Origin: a virus
Direction: 5' to 3' (one strand)
Length of the DNA stretch: 64,000 nucleotides
Virus record (IMG/VR): IMGVR_UViG_3300034064_000912
Span: 4,209-68,208 of that record
Of the stretch, positions 1 to 8,338 are shown one piece after another. Position numbers and translations under genes: made by a program. Below the pieces are notes generated by a model, which did no database searches, had not been told where the DNA came from, and saw only the letters and a list, made by a program, of their open reading frames with translations. How positions within the stretch are numbered: the first letter of the stretch is position 1; each line of letters begins with the position of its first letter.

Positions 1-29
1 AAATTATTGAAGAAAAAAGACGAGGCCAC
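1..29 (-). CDS. gp14: 5' end of neck protein gp14 (runs off the window)
   Basis: GTG start giving MASSFFFNNF, typical of gp14 N-termini; AGGA SD and AATAAATA late-promoter-like box upstream; lies downstream of gp13. Confidence 0.65.
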
Positions 30-154
30 TACATATTCCTTTTTGTCTATTTATTCATTCAAAAATATGATAATATATATAGTGTGCTGTCATGCTCTTG
101 AAGCGTTTAATGATAGAGCCTGTGGGTTTTAATACCGCGACAGGCACTATCTAT

Positions 155-820
155 TTATTTAGACTTACATTTGTCATTATGATATCTTCCAATGTTACCT
201 GGATTTCCTATAAATCCACAATATTTGCATTCTATTTTCTTTTTATTTAATGAAGAAAATATACCAGCTGCAGCGATATTAGCTCTATGTTCTTCAGATA
301 AAGGAATACCGCGTCGCATTTCAGCCGATATATTAATAGCCTTTGCCCAGTTACCTTTATTCTTTCCCATCATAGACTTAGAGCGTTTGGCTCTTACTTC
401 TAAATCTGATGAGCGAGTATCTCTATTTTTTAGACTTTCTAGATAATTTTGTCTGACATCAGACCGTATCATTGCTTCTTTGGTCTTTACTGAGATCTTT
501 TGTGATATAGTCTTAATATTTTCATCATATTTGTGCCAAGTTTCATTTTGCGTAATTTTTAAGTTATAATATCTAATTTTTATCTCATCTAGTTTTATCA
601 TATTTAGATAACGTTGCTCTTCAGTATATGTTTGACGCCGATTTTCTATCTTAGTTTTAAGAATTTTCCTTTTAAAGTCTTTTGGACGTATTTTGTACGC
701 CTGCATCATCCATGTTGATGAACATATATAGCCGTCATCTTCAGTTCCCCAGTGACATCCAACATAATATCGCTTATGCTTACGATCAAACCAAATATAA
801 ACAAATCCATATTTTTCCAT
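155..820 (-). CDS. GIY-YIG (Seg-like) free-standing homing endonuclease
   Basis: GFVYIW...YYVGCHWG..DDGYICSS GIY-YIG motif; NUMOD3-like LSEEHRANI; C-terminal CxxC...H..C. Confidence 0.85.
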   Translation of the reverse strand: MEKYGFVYIWFDRKHKRYYVGCHWGTEDDGYICSSTWMMQAYKIRPKDFKRKILKTKIENRRQTYTEEQRYLNMIKLDEIKIRYYNLKITQNETWHKYDENIKTISQKISVKTKEAMIRSDVRQNYLESLKNRDTRSSDLEVRAKRSKSMMGKNKGNWAKAINISAEMRRGIPLSEEHRANIAAAGIFSSLNKKKIECKYCGFIGNPGNIGRYHNDKCKSK

Positions 821-841
821 AGAAATCTCCTTTTCTATGGT

Positions 842-849
842 TATTTATA
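842..849 (-). promoter_or_regulatory. T4-type late promoter TATAAATA for the endonuclease gene
   Basis: Exact TATAAATA on the minus strand, then an AGGAG SD, upstream of the ATG at 820. Confidence 0.7.
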
Positions 850-862
850 CAAAGTATATATT

Positions 863-1846
863 CTAGCCGATCATATCCGTAACTGGAAGTGAATATGAAT
901 AAATCATTTCTTTTTCTAGAGCTTCTCGTTCTGCAGTTGCATCATCTAAAATTTTAGCACCATTGAACATGACACCGCCGGGTAACTGCATACCGGAGAA
1001 TTTGGTGAGATTCCATCCCCACTGCTGCTTCATTAAACATGCAGCATAGCGCTGAAGCCAGCGATCTGACCATACCTTTGAATAAGTAGTTGGATCCACT
1101 ATTTGATATGCTTCTAAAATAACAAAATCTCCGGGACTAACAATACCCCAGTCCATATCAACATAACATGCATTTTTATGTCGATTATATCTGATAGGTT
1201 GTTGTCCTACTAACATTTGTTCTAAAAATTGAACATGTTGCAATGCCATATAATATGGAACCATTGAAACAGATGTTAAAGTATATAAATCATTAAGAGC
1301 AATTTGATATCTAATATTGAATAGGTTATTAGTATTCAACGCTTGACCAACGGGAAACATTGAAACAACACCAATAATATTATCTGGAATGGGAATAAAT
1401 CCGCCTTTACGCGGCTGAAGAACTGCACCCGAACCAGTAGAAGTAGTTATAGTATAACTTGGATCAGTTGATAGATGATAGGTATTACCATTTGTATATA
1501 GACTATCAACCGGAACAGAAAGAATAGTACCAGTTGTACTTGTAATTGGATTTAAATTAATTACATCTGAACCTTGTGTAATTACAATAGTATCTGAATT
1601 AGAATATCCAGTACCGCCATTTCCAACTACAACATCTGCTAAATTATATGGGTAGTTTTTAGCTTGAATTTGATACTTATAATATTGCTTGTCTGAACCA
1701 TCAAAATGATAATCGAAAAAATAACGAAGAGCTTCATCAATGCGATCATCAATTTGATCATCATCTATATTGATTTCAATAACGGGTTTGCCAAGTCTGC
1801 GTAGGCAATACTCTTTAAATGATGCTCTATCAGTTGCAATTGCCAT
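863..1846 (-). CDS. gp13: neck protein gp13, with an internal insertion
   Basis: YCLRRLGKPVIEIN.DDDQ.DDRIDEAL N-terminus and KQQWG.NLTKF.GMQLPGGV.FNG C-terminus. Confidence 0.92.
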   Translation of the reverse strand: MAIATDRASFKEYCLRRLGKPVIEINIDDDQIDDRIDEALRYFFDYHFDGSDKQYYKYQIQAKNYPYNLADVVVGNGGTGYSNSDTIVITQGSDVINLNPITSTTGTILSVPVDSLYTNGNTYHLSTDPSYTITTSTGSGAVLQPRKGGFIPIPDNIIGVVSMFPVGQALNTNNLFNIRYQIALNDLYTLTSVSMVPYYMALQHVQFLEQMLVGQQPIRYNRHKNACYVDMDWGIVSPGDFVILEAYQIVDPTTYSKVWSDRWLQRYAACLMKQQWGWNLTKFSGMQLPGGVMFNGAKILDDATAEREALEKEMIYSYSLPVTDMIG

Positions 1847-1928
1847 TTATACTCTCTTTTTCTATTATTTATCGTAAGTTTATGTTACCATAACGAGTAC
1901 GAGCTATCTCTTTTTTGATATATTTATT

Positions 1929-2630
1929 TTATTTCCATCGCGGACCGCAAAACCAATACACAAGTGTTTTTCTTGTGCCAGTTTCAACCGGTAAAACCCT
2001 GTGTGATAGAAATGATGGAAATAAAATCATAGATCCCGCATCCATTCGAATAGTATTAATGCAATTATTAGGATGATTCGGTAATATTATTTGAAAATCA
2101 CCACCGGTATATTTGTCCTGTGGTGTTAAACATAGAACAGCAGATAACTTTCTCCAACTAAGATCTCTTGGTATGCAGTTTAAACCACGACTATCTAATA
2201 CACCAAATGGTCCATCTGGATGCCAATCAAAATACATTTCTTCTTTATAAATTGTATATTGAGGAGCCATATAGTTTGAGAGTTCAAAATTAAAGATATT
2301 CTTATTAACTTCTTCTACAGTATTTACTATTCTATCTTCATATGTCTTAATAATATTTGAATCTTTAACAAAAAAAACATTTGAATTTCTGTAATTTTGA
2401 CCTATTGATTCTTTTTCATTTTTACCAACCACTGTTCCTTTTTCAGTTATATGATCATAATTTTGTAAGATATCATTTAGTTCAATAATTTCTGATTTAT
2501 TGAAAACATTTTCAATGATATAATAATAAGCATAAGTCAGATATCCACGTCTATTTTCATTAGATAATTTAATCTCATAATCTGTATAAAATTTTACATC
2601 TATAAGGTCGCGATCAATTCTTTCAATCAT
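1929..2630 (-). CDS. 2OG-Fe(II) oxygenase (PKHD/prolyl-4-hydroxylase-like)
   Basis: FDWHPD (HxD), RKLSAVL, YTGGDF, ILFPSFLSHRVLPVETGTRKTLVYW (distal His and 2OG-binding Arg). Confidence 0.9.
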   Translation of the reverse strand: MIERIDRDLIDVKFYTDYEIKLSNENRRGYLTYAYYYIIENVFNKSEIIELNDILQNYDHITEKGTVVGKNEKESIGQNYRNSNVFFVKDSNIIKTYEDRIVNTVEEVNKNIFNFELSNYMAPQYTIYKEEMYFDWHPDGPFGVLDSRGLNCIPRDLSWRKLSAVLCLTPQDKYTGGDFQIILPNHPNNCINTIRMDAGSMILFPSFLSHRVLPVETGTRKTLVYWFCGPRWK

Positions 2631-2644
2631 AATTAAAGCTTTCT

Positions 2645-2884
2645 TTATTTTGTCGGAGGCGTAGGAGGCGACACCGGCGGCGCTTCACCATATACATACC
2701 CATTAGAGCCTGGCGCTCCAGTTGGGCCTGGCGCTCCAGTTGGGCCTGGCGCTCCAGTCAGGCCTTGAGGTCCTTGATCCCCGACTAGTCCTCTAGTACC
2801 AGTTGGACCAGTTGGTATACTTGCAGATGTTTGCACAGTTGCGTCAGGAAATACTATTCCTGTAGAAGTAACCTTAGTAGGCAT
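2645..2884 (-). CDS. collagen-like mini-protein with Pro-rich tail
   Basis: [13 protein letters not shown]-terminal motif, Gly-X-Y run with (GAPGPT)x3, C-terminal [11 protein letters not shown]. Confidence 0.8.
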   Translation of the reverse strand: MPTKVTSTGIVFPDATVQTSASIPTGPTGTRGLVGDQGPQGLTGAPGPTGAPGPTGAPGSNGYVYGEAPPVSPPTPPTK

Positions 2885-2890
2885 GAAATA

Positions 2891-3136
2891 TTACTTTGTT
2901 GGAGGAGTAGGAGGAGGAGGTGGAGGAGCACCAGGAGGTGCAATTGCAGGAGCTCCTTGCGGGCCAGATAAGCCACGTAGACCGGTTGGACCGCGTGGAC
3001 CAGTTGGACCTGTGAGACCCACAGAACCGGTATAGCCGGTTAGACCTATTGGACCGGTAGCACCTCTTATTTGAGCAGTTATTGCAGTAGTAGCATCTGG
3101 ATATAATATACCAGTGGTCTTAACAACAGTTGTCAT
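2891..3136 (-). CDS. collagen-like mini-protein with Pro-rich tail
   Basis: [14 protein letters not shown]-terminal motif, Gly-X-Y run, C-terminal [15 protein letters not shown]. Confidence 0.8.
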   Translation of the reverse strand: MTTVVKTTGILYPDATTAITAQIRGATGPIGLTGYTGSVGLTGPTGPRGPTGLRGLSGPQGAPAIAPPGAPPPPPPTPPTK

Positions 3137-3151
3137 TTTATAACTCTTTTA

Positions 3152-3379
3152 TTATGGACACGGCGTATATGTAAATGTAGCTAAATTAAAACAAAATCCT
3201 TGTGAACCAGTATATCCAATAGAACCAGTATATCCCGTTGGTCCTGCTGCACCCCGCGAACCAGTATATCCAATAGAACCGGTATATCCAGCAGAACCAG
3301 TATAACCTACTACAGCCGCAGTAGTTTGTATTGAATTATCTGGAAATGTAATTCCAGTAAAAGTAATTTTAGTTGACAT
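3152..3379 (-). CDS. collagen-like mini-protein (GYTGSx repeats) with Cys-containing tail
   Basis: TGITFPDNSIQTTA N-terminal motif, GYTGSx repeats, C-terminal FCFNLATFTYTPCP. Confidence 0.8.
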   Translation of the reverse strand: MSTKITFTGITFPDNSIQTTAAVVGYTGSAGYTGSIGYTGSRGAAGPTGYTGSIGYTGSQGFCFNLATFTYTPCP

Positions 3380-3956
3380 CTGTGCAAATATATTTTCTTA
3401 TATACATTGGAACGTCATATGGTCTACGTAAAAGATATTTACGAAACAATTCATTCTTTGGAATCTCACCTGGATTAATTGTTTCAATTTCAATTACTTT
3501 ATATTGAGAAACGCGCGCATTTGGATTTGTATGTCGTGGCTTTAATTTAGTTTTTGTTGGATGAAAATGAGTTACTTGATATTCTGACTTATATCCAATA
3601 GATTCAAGATCTGTATAATGAAAGTTTATTAATTTAATTGAATCAGCAGGATGACCAAAATTATCTTTTATAATATTTCTTGGCCTGGTGAATATAGCAC
3701 TCGACCAAGTTGCAATATCCACAGGAAGTTCTGCCCATAGATGAATACATGAATAACAATTTAATACGCCATCATTAAAAAAACCATAATGTCTTGTATG
3801 TGTCAAATCATATGCTGCATCTGTATTTAACCAATCAGTATAGTCCGGTATTTTTACCGTTGAATTAGACATTGTAGATCTGCTTTTCATTAGATCTATA
3901 ATATCATTTGCATCAGTTTTAGTTAATAGTCTAATTTCTTCCATATTATTTCTCAT
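3369..3956 (-). CDS. hypothetical protein, possibly GNAT-fold acyltransferase (likely start 3944, MEEIRLLT)
   Basis: IRLLT..D..DIIDL ... HYGFFNDGVL..YSCIHLW resembles the GNAT beta1-alpha1 and beta2-beta3 pattern; overlaps both neighbours as in an operon. Confidence 0.5.
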   Translation of the reverse strand: MRNNMEEIRLLTKTDANDIIDLMKSRSTMSNSTVKIPDYTDWLNTDAAYDLTHTRHYGFFNDGVLNCYSCIHLWAELPVDIATWSSAIFTRPRNIIKDNFGHPADSIKLINFHYTDLESIGYKSEYQVTHFHPTKTKLKPRHTNPNARVSQYKVIEIETINPGEIPKNELFRKYLLRRPYDVPMYIRKYICTDVN

Positions 3957-6378
3957 TCTTTTTTAATTCATCAATTTCAATACTTAATTCTTTAATGGCC
4001 TCAATTAAAAGTCCTATCATATTGCCATATGTTACAGATAAATAACCATCATCATTTATTCGAACAGCTTCTGGTAAAACTTTTATAACATCTTGTGCTA
4101 TAACTCCAATTGATCTACCATCAATACCTATTTTATTAAATGATACACCTCTTAAATCTTTAACTATAGCTAATGCATTTACAATAGTAATTACATCTTT
4201 TTTTAATCTATAATCAGATGTCGAAGTTATATCACCGGCAACAGATAATGATGTAGAATTCATGAAAGTATTAACAGTTGTATTACCAATACTTATGCTG
4301 CTTGTACTAATATTAACATTAGCACCAACATTTAAAGCTGTAGTTAAATTAGCTGTTGCTGGAAGTCTAGCTGTATTTAATGTACCTGAAGTAATAGTCG
4401 TGGCATTAGCTGAAATAGTAATTGCATTAGAATAAGCTGTAGCTGCTACAGTATCTGAATATGCTCTTAGAGTAGTTGCAGTATTACCACCAACAGTGCT
4501 AGCATTAACACTAGTAATATTAACACCATTAGCTGTTATAACATTTGATACTAAATTGCCTGTTGTGCTTATAAGAGTAGAATTAACTGTCGTATTACCA
4601 GAAGTAATTAAAGATGCATTTACAACATTAAATACAGCATTAGCACCACCTACTATTGAAGTAGAATTAGCTATTAAATTAACTGTGGTATTACCAATAC
4701 TTATGCTGCTTGTACTAATATTAACATTAGCACCAACATTTAAAGCTGTAGTTAAATTAGCTGTAGCTGGAAGTCTAGCAGTATTCAATGTACCTGAAGT
4801 AATAGTCGTGGCATTAGCTGAAATGGCTACTGCATTAGAATAAGCTGTAGCTGCTAAATTAGTTGCATTAGCAACTGCATTAGCAACCGCATTTGCGAAA
4901 GCTGTAGCTGCAACAGTATCTGAATATGCTCTTAAAGTAGTTGCAGTATTGCCGCCGACTGTAGCAGAATTAACACTCGTGATTGCTGATCCAACACCAG
5001 AAAAAGATCCAGCAGTAATAAGACCTGTAAATGTTGCAGTATTACCAATTATGGTTGTGGAATTAACTGTTACATTACCTATTTTAATACTAGTTGTATT
5101 GGCAGTAACAACAGAACCAACATTTAATGCTGTAGTTAAATTAGCCGTCGCCGGAAGTCTGGCTGTATCAAGAGTGCCTGAAGAAATACTTGTGGCATTA
5201 ATTGAAGTTATTCCAGCGCCACTTCCAGAAATTGTAGTTGTAGTTAGTGCACCAATGGCTGCTGTATTTACAGAAATATTAGTAGAATTAGCTATTAAAT
5301 TAACTGTGGTATTACCAATAGACAATTGAATAGTGTTAAGACTTACATTAGAACCAATGTTTAATGCCGTAGTTAAATTAGCTGTTGCTGGAAGTCTAGC
5401 TGTATCAAGAGTACCTGAAGTAATAGTCGTGGCATTAGCTGAAATGGCTACTGCATTAGAATAAGCTGTAGCTGCTAAATTAGTTGCATTAGCAACTGCA
5501 TTAGCTACTGCATTAGAATAAGCTGTAGCTGCTACAGTATCTGAATATGCTCTAAGAGTAGTTGATGTATTACCACCAACTGTGCTGGCATTAACACTAG
5601 TGATTGCTGATCCAACACCAGAAAAAGATCCTGCAGTAATAGCGCCAGTAAATATAGCAGTATTACCAATTATAGATGTTGAATTAACTGTTACATTACC
5701 TATTTTAATACTAGTTGTATTGACAGTAGCATTAGCACCAACATTTAATGCCGTAGTTAAATTAGCTGTTGCTGGGAGTCTAGCTGTATCAAGAGTACCG
5801 GAAGAAATGCTTGTAGCGTTTATTCCAGTTATGCTTCCGCCACTTCCAGAAATTGTAGTTGTAGTCAATGTGCCAATTGTTGCACTAGATACAGAAATGT
5901 TAGTAGAATTAGCTAGTAAATTAACAGTTGTATTACCAATAGAAAACTGAGTAGTACTAAGATTTACATTGTCTCCAATATTTAATGCTGTAGTTAAATT
6001 AGCTGTTGCTGGAAGTCTAGCTGTATCAAGAGTACCTGAAGTAATAGTCGTGGCATTAGCTGAAATGGCTACTGCATTAGAATAAGCTGTAGAAGCATTG
6101 GCAGTAACTGATGAGTTTAATGCAAATGATGAAGCAGCAGTACCGCCTAAGTTAAGAGAATTATTTGCTGTACCCTGTAAAGTTGAATATATATTACCAG
6201 CAACAGTAAGATTTGCACTCATGGTAACATTACCAGAGACATTAGCAGTACCAACTACTTTAAAGCTAGCATCCGGCGTATTAGTGTTTATACCAACTAA
6301 TCCAGAAGTAGAATTTACTACTAATACTGATCCATTTACAGATATGCCATTTTTTACAACAAAATCTTTATCAGCCAT
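3946..6378 (-). CDS. tail fibre/spike with C-terminal intramolecular chaperone (Peptidase S74-like)
   Basis: MADKDFVVKNG N-terminus; six SGTL[DN]TARLP repeats; TSDYRLKKD...IGVIAQDV...V.YGNMIGLLIEAIKEL chaperone signature. Confidence 0.85.
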   Translation of the reverse strand: MADKDFVVKNGISVNGSVLVVNSTSGLVGINTNTPDASFKVVGTANVSGNVTMSANLTVAGNIYSTLQGTANNSLNLGGTAASSFALNSSVTANASTAYSNAVAISANATTITSGTLDTARLPATANLTTALNIGDNVNLSTTQFSIGNTTVNLLANSTNISVSSATIGTLTTTTISGSGGSITGINATSISSGTLDTARLPATANLTTALNVGANATVNTTSIKIGNVTVNSTSIIGNTAIFTGAITAGSFSGVGSAITSVNASTVGGNTSTTLRAYSDTVAATAYSNAVANAVANATNLAATAYSNAVAISANATTITSGTLDTARLPATANLTTALNIGSNVSLNTIQLSIGNTTVNLIANSTNISVNTAAIGALTTTTISGSGAGITSINATSISSGTLDTARLPATANLTTALNVGSVVTANTTSIKIGNVTVNSTTIIGNTATFTGLITAGSFSGVGSAITSVNSATVGGNTATTLRAYSDTVAATAFANAVANAVANATNLAATAYSNAVAISANATTITSGTLNTARLPATANLTTALNVGANVNISTSSISIGNTTVNLIANSTSIVGGANAVFNVVNASLITSGNTTVNSTLISTTGNLVSNVITANGVNITSVNASTVGGNTATTLRAYSDTVAATAYSNAITISANATTITSGTLNTARLPATANLTTALNVGANVNISTSSISIGNTTVNTFMNSTSLSVAGDITSTSDYRLKKDVITIVNALAIVKDLRGVSFNKIGIDGRSIGVIAQDVIKVLPEAVRINDDGYLSVTYGNMIGLLIEAIKELSIEIDELKKNEK
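4280..6095 (-). repeat. internal long repeats in the fibre gene
   Basis: Near-identical nucleotide blocks encoding AYSNAVAISANATTITSGTLDTARLPATANLTTALN recur, including two units of about 200 aa in tandem. Confidence 0.85.
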
Positions 6379-6409
6379 TTATCGAGTTCCCTTTCCCTCG
6401 TTTTTCTAT

Positions 6410-6417
6410 TATTTATA
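6410..6417 (-). promoter_or_regulatory. late promoter TATAAATA upstream of the fibre/collagen/oxygenase operon
   Basis: Exact consensus 32 nt upstream of the ATG at 6378. Confidence 0.75.
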
Positions 6418-6419
6418 AA

Positions 6420-8327
6420 TTATGTTATAACTGCATTCTGGTCAATATAATAAATATTAGATGTTTTAGCAGCATGTACTTTTAAGAATATAGATCCAAC
6501 CTGTCCGGCATTAAATGTAGTAGACATCTTAAATCTTGTACCGGCTGTAAATGTAGCTGTTCCATCAGTTATAACTGATCCATCTACTGCTGTAGTGTAT
6601 CCAGCCGGCTCTGCCGTATTACTTGTTCCAGCTGTAGTGCAAAAGAATATTCTACCTGGATTAGACGCAGTTTTTATAATATCATTTAAAACGTAAATAG
6701 TAGAATTAGCTCTACTAGTAACACTACTATCCCAACTAGTTGTATCAGCAGTAAGAGTAGTATTAGCAGTTATTGGATTGGCAATAGTACTAGTAACTAT
6801 AATTCCTTCTGGATTAGTGGCTGAATTAAGATAATCAGCACTAATCCAGATTTCATCATTATTTGGTCTTGATGTAGAATTAAATATTCCATAAACTGTT
6901 ATTGTATTAGAAGTACCAGTTGATGTATTCCAGACTGTCCATGGTAATGTTTCAAATGGATCAAACCATGATGAAAAAGCAGTTGTAGTTATTTTTTTAC
7001 TTACAAGACCAATATTATCCCGTGATCCACCAGTACGTACTACAGATCTGTCTTGTACTGAATAGCCTTTTCTATCATATTTTTCATTTCTTGGTATGCC
7101 AGATGCAACTCCAGAATTTACTAAAATAGTAGTCATATTAGTATTTGATGTAGAAGATGCATCAACTGTAACTGATGATCCAAGACGTACTCTTTTCATT
7201 ACTAAACGCGCACTTAAAACACTATCACCAACAATCGTTGTTCCTGATGTAAGTGCCGATAAATCTACATTTTCAAGTAAAATATCGCCATTTATACCCG
7301 ATGAACTAGTAGAAGCAATAGATCTAAATAATGTTGTTGGAAATACAGTTCCTGTTATAGCAGATGGCGTATTTTTCCAAATTAATCTTGTACCACGCGA
7401 ACGTATTAGTGCTGATTGTGAAGTAGAATTAAATTGCATCGATGTATTAGAAAGCACAATTCTGGCACTAGTTATTGTTGGGCTAGTAGTAATAAAATTT
7501 ATAGCTGATGTTACGGCTGTACTTCCAACTTGCAACTTACAAGACTCAAGAATATTTAAACTATTAAATGATGTAGTACTTCCTACATTGAGGAACGCAC
7601 TACCAGCCCCAGTACCAGTTGAAAAAGTAATACCATAGTAGTATGCAGATCCATAAAGTACTAAATTGCTAGTACCAGTTGCATTAATAGTAGCTGTAGT
7701 AGCAGCAACTCCCGAAGTTCTATTTATACATATTACACGTACTAAACTAGACGGAGTACCAGGCGATGTTAATGATATACTAGAAATTTCAGCTTGTGCA
7801 TAATCATGTGCTACATAAATAGTATCACCAGCGGCCACTCCACCATTTACACCATATGCATATGTTAATGTTGTATATGCATTAGTCCAACTTGTTCCTA
7901 CCGTTGAAATTGGATCAGCTGTAAATACAGCAGTACCATCAGTTATTACACTGCCATCAGTGGCAGTGGCATATGTAGTAGGTAAGGCAGTATTACTAGT
8001 ACCAGCAGTAGTACATGTAAAAGTTCTACTATTAGTGCCTGCTCCGACTAATATAACGGATACTGCGCCAGTTGTATTGCTGTATGCTGTAGAATTGACA
8101 CGGGTTAATAATATAATATCAGCTGTAAAAACTGCTGTACCGTCAGTTATAGTATTGCCATAAACTGCAGTTGCATATCCGGCTGGTTGTGAACTAGCAG
8201 TAGTGCCAGCTGTAGTACAAATAAAACGTCTTCCGGTAGTTCCACCCGTAACTGTAATTACAGAATTCAATTGATAAGATGTAGAATTAGCTCTTGCTGT
8301 CGGTGCATATACATATTTAATGGCCAT
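6420..8327 (-). CDS. putative virion adhesin/receptor-binding protein, paralog A (three CBM-like modules)
   Basis: Three RANST.Y...F.CTTAGT...GY.TA..G..ITDGTA.FTA modules; Ser/Thr-rich beta-type core; paralog of the next ORF. Confidence 0.6.
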   Translation of the reverse strand: MAIKYVYAPTARANSTSYQLNSVITVTGGTTGRRFICTTAGTTASSQPAGYATAVYGNTITDGTAVFTADIILLTRVNSTAYSNTTGAVSVILVGAGTNSRTFTCTTAGTSNTALPTTYATATDGSVITDGTAVFTADPISTVGTSWTNAYTTLTYAYGVNGGVAAGDTIYVAHDYAQAEISSISLTSPGTPSSLVRVICINRTSGVAATTATINATGTSNLVLYGSAYYYGITFSTGTGAGSAFLNVGSTTSFNSLNILESCKLQVGSTAVTSAINFITTSPTITSARIVLSNTSMQFNSTSQSALIRSRGTRLIWKNTPSAITGTVFPTTLFRSIASTSSSGINGDILLENVDLSALTSGTTIVGDSVLSARLVMKRVRLGSSVTVDASSTSNTNMTTILVNSGVASGIPRNEKYDRKGYSVQDRSVVRTGGSRDNIGLVSKKITTTAFSSWFDPFETLPWTVWNTSTGTSNTITVYGIFNSTSRPNNDEIWISADYLNSATNPEGIIVTSTIANPITANTTLTADTTSWDSSVTSRANSTIYVLNDIIKTASNPGRIFFCTTAGTSNTAEPAGYTTAVDGSVITDGTATFTAGTRFKMSTTFNAGQVGSIFLKVHAAKTSNIYYIDQNAVIT

Positions 8328-8338
8328 TATAATTATTC

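Noticed and set aside
4496-8163. Plus-strand ORFs rich in V/L/P/A opposite the fibre and adhesin genes
   Set aside because: Antisense shadows of Thr/Asn/Ser/Gly-rich codons; no SD or promoter, fully inside real genes
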